NCBI GenBank assembly: GCA_965234725.1
Contig: CBDDUX010000057.1
Location: 1 to 10,513 of the forward strand
Direction: 5' to 3'
DNA: 10,513 nt
Source: Thermoplasmatota archaeon
GTDB lineage: Archaea > Thermoplasmatota > Penumbrarchaeia > Penumbrarchaeales > Penumbrarchaeaceae
This document shows positions 6,817-10,513 of the stretch, piece by piece (position 1 is the stretch's first letter; every line of letters starts with the position of its first letter). The notes beneath the pieces are model-generated. The model had not been told where the DNA came from. It worked only from the letters and a program-made list of their open reading frames with translations, and did not search any database. The position numbers and the translations under genes were made by a program.

Positions 6817-9800
6817 TTATAGTTGTATGATTCGAATCATTTCCGGCGGCTGGAAGTTCCTGTAACCGATTAACCGGAGGAGCTGCGAGCATGTTGTTAT
6901 CGATCCTCTGTCCGCCAATTCCGGGAGGTCTTGATGGTATGGTTACTTTGGATACTGTTTCTTCTGATGTCTCTTTACCCTTTTTCTTAAAGATGAATAA
7001 CGAAAAGCCAACTGCAATGATGATCAGGACCACTATAATAAGAAAGATGATGATTATCAACCCACCGGATCCTCCGTCTACTTCATCCTTCTCTTCCTCG
7101 ATTGTGAAGGACCAGGTCTCTTCAGCCTCGTTCCCTGCCTTGTCGATAATTTTTATTTTTATGATATGATCCCCTGGTGGGAGCATATCCGTTTTGTAAG
7201 AGTCTCCAAGGACCTCGATATAGTCCTCCCCATCCAGTGATATCATCACTTTCAGATCACTCTGAGTGACATCCGTAACCGTCCATGAAAATGAGGCAGT
7301 TCCATCCTTTCCAACTATCTTGTCCACTATCTGCAGAGTTGGATCCTCGGTATCGATCAGGACCTCTTTCGGGTAGTTTAGGATATACTGCCACCCCCCG
7401 ATATCGATGACGGTGAGAGATATGGTATGAGATCCGTCCTCAAGATCAATAGTGTATGAAGTATCATTGATGTCCAGATTGATCCTGTTCCCATCGACCA
7501 GGAGGAACAATTGGTCTATACCGACATCCTCGTCGATCTCCCAATCCAATGTTATCGTTGTACTATTCGTTATCGAGATCGGAGCTCCCTTCCAGACAGC
7601 TCTTGGTTCAGTGGTGTCCACAATGATCACTGTTGAGATCGATTCGGTATTTCCTGCAAGGTCCGTTGCGTTGAGTGTAACGAGATATCTTCCATCCTGG
7701 TTCAATGTTATCGAGTAACCGTCTTTTCCCAGAACATCTTTCGATTTCAATCCCTCGATGGTAATGAACATGCTTTCGATCCCATAGTTATCATCACATT
7801 CCCATTCTATCTCGATCCCGGTCGATGTGAACACATCCATATCCAGGAATTCGAGTTCGGGAGGTGTGATGTCCACGATCACTTCAATCTCCGCCTCATC
7901 TATATTACCGGCAAGATCGAATGCTCTGATGGAAATGGTATGCTCTCCTTCTGTCAGACCCAGTTCGGAAGAGGTTTCCAGTCCTTTGTGATCCCAGTCT
8001 CTTTCATCTATCTTCAGTTCGTAGTGATCGATCCCGTTGTTATCCACGGCATTCCATGATAGGTCCATCTTCCATGTGTTAATGTAATTGATATCATCGA
8101 CATCCAGAAATCCGACCGTCGGGTCCTTGGTATCTCTGATCACCCAGAAATTCGATTGAATGTAATTCCCGACCTCATCCACGAGTATGAGTGTTACGAG
8201 GTATTCCCCGTCTTCAGCGAATTCCATTTCGTAATCGTATGATGTGCCGATGGAGAAGAATTCTTTGTCAGCTCCCAATCGGATAAATGTTTCTGACCAG
8301 TGGAATTTCCCACCGTAGGTCCAATCCAGATCGATTGAATCCGTGTTGAACACTGTTCCGTTTTCCGGTGAAAGGACCTCTACCAGATTATCTTTTAATA
8401 TTTCGAATGGAACATCGAGGATCGTGATGTGCTTTGCACCGTCCACAGCTTCCACATGGAATTCATGGTCTCCGTAATTGAGGATCTTCTCGAAGGAGAA
8501 GTCACCGGAAACTTCGATCCATTCTCCATCGTCCAGTCTGTATCCTGCGGAATCCAGACCAATCGTCTCGACAATCCTGCAGTCGAAGTTTACCGCTCTG
8601 GAGGATATCTTCGATCCGGGAGCCAATCCTGTCAATTCGATGATCGGAGCTGTTCTGTCCACAAAGAAATTGATAATTTGAGTTACCTCGAATCCCAGAT
8701 CATCCGTCAACATGATCGCAACAGAATGAGATCCTTCTTTAAGATCAAGGATCCTTGATCCAACATTTGTTTCCAACTGTGTCAGTTTCCCATCGATGGT
8801 GAAATTCTGTTTCACCACAGGGAAGTAATCGACCAAATCCCATAAGACGTTAACCGGATCATTATCAATGGCACATCCGTCGGATAATGTGGTGAAATTC
8901 AGGACCGGATAGGTCCTGTTCAGTTCAAGATTTAAATATACGATCCTGAACAATCCATTTTCGTCAGTGGCCTTGAATGAAATATTGTGAATTCCTTCAT
9001 CTAGAAAAATGGGGTACAGGTTCATCCCGGTCACGTCAATATTGTATCCACATGTCTCTCTGAATTCGACCTTTTTGATCCCCCATTCGTCATCCGTTTC
9101 CCATCCGATCCTGTTGTAGGACCTCTCCAAAGTGCCTGATGAATGGGTAAGGATTGAGAGATCTGGCCTATCAATATCAAAATGGTAATTGGTCACTGGG
9201 AACATATCGATATTCCCGGTGGAGATATTGTATGGTATGTCGTATGCTCCATTTCCATCCTCATCTGTTCCCGAATAATCGCTCCAGTAATTACCGCATC
9301 CCTCATAGTCCCATTTGTTTCGGTATTCATTTTCAAAACCTCCCGTTACAGTAATCCCGCAGTTGATGAACCTGTTCTTCCAGATCAAGTTCTGATCACA
9401 ACCTTCCAATTTAATACCACAATTTGTGCAATAGTTGAAATCATTGGAGGTTATCTCAAAGGATCTTGATTGAGAATCATAAATACCCTGTTCGCAGGAA
9501 ATGAAGCTGTTATTTTTAATGAGAAATCCATCGGGAGCGCTCGGGTAGTAATCACGTATGGATATTCCGTTGGTCAGTCTATTGAATTGATTGTGATGTA
9601 TCGAACCGTAGTTGCATCCGTCCACATATCGGTAAAGAGTAATACCACCACTGGCAACAGAAAGGGAAAATGAATTGTATCTTATCTCACTTGTTGAAGA
9701 CATTCCCCTTGGGCGGAGTATGGTGCTATTGAATGTACAGTTTTCTACCAGTTGATTGCCATATATTTCTGAAATAATGTCGAACCCGTCGAAGGTTGAG

Positions 9801-10405
9801 TTGCTGATCCGTGTATTTCCATTGTTTCCATAGAATTCCATTTTTATTTTTACATATCCTGATGTACGTATGTATTTAAAATCCGATCCGGTGATATTTA
9901 CTGAATTGGTATCACCAAAAAATATATGGCCACCAGTCGATCCGGTTGAGAATCTGGAATTATTGATAATGAGTTCATTGCAATCATCACCATCAAGAAA
10001 ATGAACAGAGTTAATTGTAAGATTATCAATTTTAACATGTTTATCGTTTCTGAAAATCAAACGATAGTCGTCATTGTTCTTTCCCCAGTTGATATCGGTG
10101 ATCGTGAAATATTTATTTGTATTCTTTACGATAATGGAATATTCGTCCATGTCGAAACCAGATATCATATAAGGATCACCATGTGTTCCGGACCCGGTTA
10201 TGTTATCATTATCCTCGAAATCGTCATCCCCGTCAATAACGAGGCTCTCATTCATGATAATGTAGGATCCCGCTTTTACTTCATTAATTTCAAAACCATC
10301 ACCCCTCCCCTGGATTGATGGAAGGATTAGTAAGGTTATAAAGATAAACCCAAAAATAAAAGATCTATAGTTATTTTCAGAATATCTCCAACCTACACTT
10401 TTCAT
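6800..10405 (-). CDS. Large cell-surface protein: signal peptide, beta-helix (NosD/CASH), about eight tandem Ig-like domains, TM anchor, Pro-rich cytoplasmic tail (1201 aa)
   Basis: N-cap LVIDGDDDF....ITGSGT.GDPYMISG; beta-helix turns; C-cap GNYWSDYSGTDEDGNGAYDIPY; repeats of roughly 85-90 aa with L.EG.H.I...A.D.AGN...VD.T.P; TM LIIIIFLIIVVLIIIAVGFSLFIF followed by KKKGK. Confidence 0.9.
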   Translation of the reverse strand: MKSVGWRYSENNYRSFIFGFIFITLLILPSIQGRGDGFEINEVKAGSYIIMNESLVIDGDDDFEDNDNITGSGTHGDPYMISGFDMDEYSIIVKNTNKYFTITDINWGKNNDDYRLIFRNDKHVKIDNLTINSVHFLDGDDCNELIINNSRFSTGSTGGHIFFGDTNSVNITGSDFKYIRTSGYVKIKMEFYGNNGNTRISNSTFDGFDIISEIYGNQLVENCTFNSTILRPRGMSSTSEIRYNSFSLSVASGGITLYRYVDGCNYGSIHHNQFNRLTNGISIRDYYPSAPDGFLIKNNSFISCEQGIYDSQSRSFEITSNDFNYCTNCGIKLEGCDQNLIWKNRFINCGITVTGGFENEYRNKWDYEGCGNYWSDYSGTDEDGNGAYDIPYNISTGNIDMFPVTNYHFDIDRPDLSILTHSSGTLERSYNRIGWETDDEWGIKKVEFRETCGYNIDVTGMNLYPIFLDEGIHNISFKATDENGLFRIVYLNLELNRTYPVLNFTTLSDGCAIDNDPVNVLWDLVDYFPVVKQNFTIDGKLTQLETNVGSRILDLKEGSHSVAIMLTDDLGFEVTQIINFFVDRTAPIIELTGLAPGSKISSRAVNFDCRIVETIGLDSAGYRLDDGEWIEVSGDFSFEKILNYGDHEFHVEAVDGAKHITILDVPFEILKDNLVEVLSPENGTVFNTDSIDLDWTYGGKFHWSETFIRLGADKEFFSIGTSYDYEMEFAEDGEYLVTLILVDEVGNYIQSNFWVIRDTKDPTVGFLDVDDINYINTWKMDLSWNAVDNNGIDHYELKIDERDWDHKGLETSSELGLTEGEHTISIRAFDLAGNIDEAEIEVIVDITPPELEFLDMDVFTSTGIEIEWECDDNYGIESMFITIEGLKSKDVLGKDGYSITLNQDGRYLVTLNATDLAGNTESISTVIIVDTTEPRAVWKGAPISITNSTTITLDWEIDEDVGIDQLFLLVDGNRINLDINDTSYTIDLEDGSHTISLTVIDIGGWQYILNYPKEVLIDTEDPTLQIVDKIVGKDGTASFSWTVTDVTQSDLKVMISLDGEDYIEVLGDSYKTDMLPPGDHIIKIKIIDKAGNEAEETWSFTIEEEKDEVDGGSGGLIIIIFLIIVVLIIIAVGFSLFIFKKKGKETSEETVSKVTIPSRPPGIGGQRIDNNMLAAPPVNRLQELPAAGNDSNHTTINENDP

Positions 10406-10413
10406 GTGTTCAT

Positions 10414-10421
10414 CTCCTCCT
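10414..10421 (-). promoter_or_regulatory. Shine-Dalgarno site of the 1201-aa gene
   Basis: AGGAGGAG on the minus strand, 8 nt before ATG 10405. Confidence 0.65.
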
Positions 10422-10458
10422 AATTGCTAGAATAATTAGACATGATTTATCTATATAT

Positions 10459-10513
10459 CCCGACTTTGACAGTTGAGTAATAAAAGTGCTCGTCATTGTC
10501 TGTTAATTATGCC
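10459..10513. mobile_element. Putative insertion-sequence terminus (right copy of the window-flanking inverted repeat)
   Basis: CCCGACTTTGACAGTTGAGTAATAAAAGTGCTCGTCATT aligns without gaps to the reverse complement of the left end, CCTAGCTTTGACAGTTAAATAAAAAATGTGCCCGTCGTT. Confidence 0.6.

Noticed and set aside
608..10318. Plus-strand ORFs and nested minus-strand ORFs in the track (e.g. 981-1310, 1012-1194, 4833-5270, 6270-6512, 8429-8758, 10001-10318)
   Set aside because: Antisense or alternate-frame shadows of long, well-supported genes, with no recognisable motifs.
620..10405. Diversity-generating retroelement as the cause of the variable regions
   Set aside because: No reverse transcriptase and no near-identical TR/VR pair differing at adenines was seen in the window.
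620..10405. Assigning nosD (nitrous oxide reductase accessory) function to the beta-helix proteins
   Set aside because: The NosD-type fold is generic in archaeal surface proteins, and no nosZ/F/Y/L genes are present.
1..10513. CRISPR array, integron attC sites, tRNA/rRNA genes
   Set aside because: No regularly spaced direct repeats, no repeated attC-like palindromes between genes and no structural RNA signatures were found by eye.

Overview
Accessory region, most likely archaeal (Thermoplasmatota-like, inferred from BRE/TATA-type promoters, GAGGTGA/AGGAGG ribosome-binding sites and the NosD-type surface proteins). Every credible gene is on the minus strand. In transcription order: a 1201-aa membrane-anchored beta-helix (NosD/CASH) plus Ig-like surface protein; a 5'-truncated orphan RelE/ParE toxin; a secreted caspase-fold (clan CD) protein lacking the catalytic Cys, closely linked to a 455-aa secreted beta-helix protein; a 1186-aa beta-helix/FN3/Ig/carboxypeptidase-regulatory-like membrane-anchored protein; an intact minimal nucleotidyltransferase (MNT); and a HEPN pseudogene missing from the ORF track. 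The two window ends are imperfect inverted copies of one ~50-bp sequence (38/48 identical, perfect 11-bp core AACTGTCAAAG) that look like insertion-sequence termini, and the left copy sits where the HEPN gene is cut off. The beta-helix interiors are much more AT-rich than the rest of their own genes, suggesting mosaic, exchanged surface domains.
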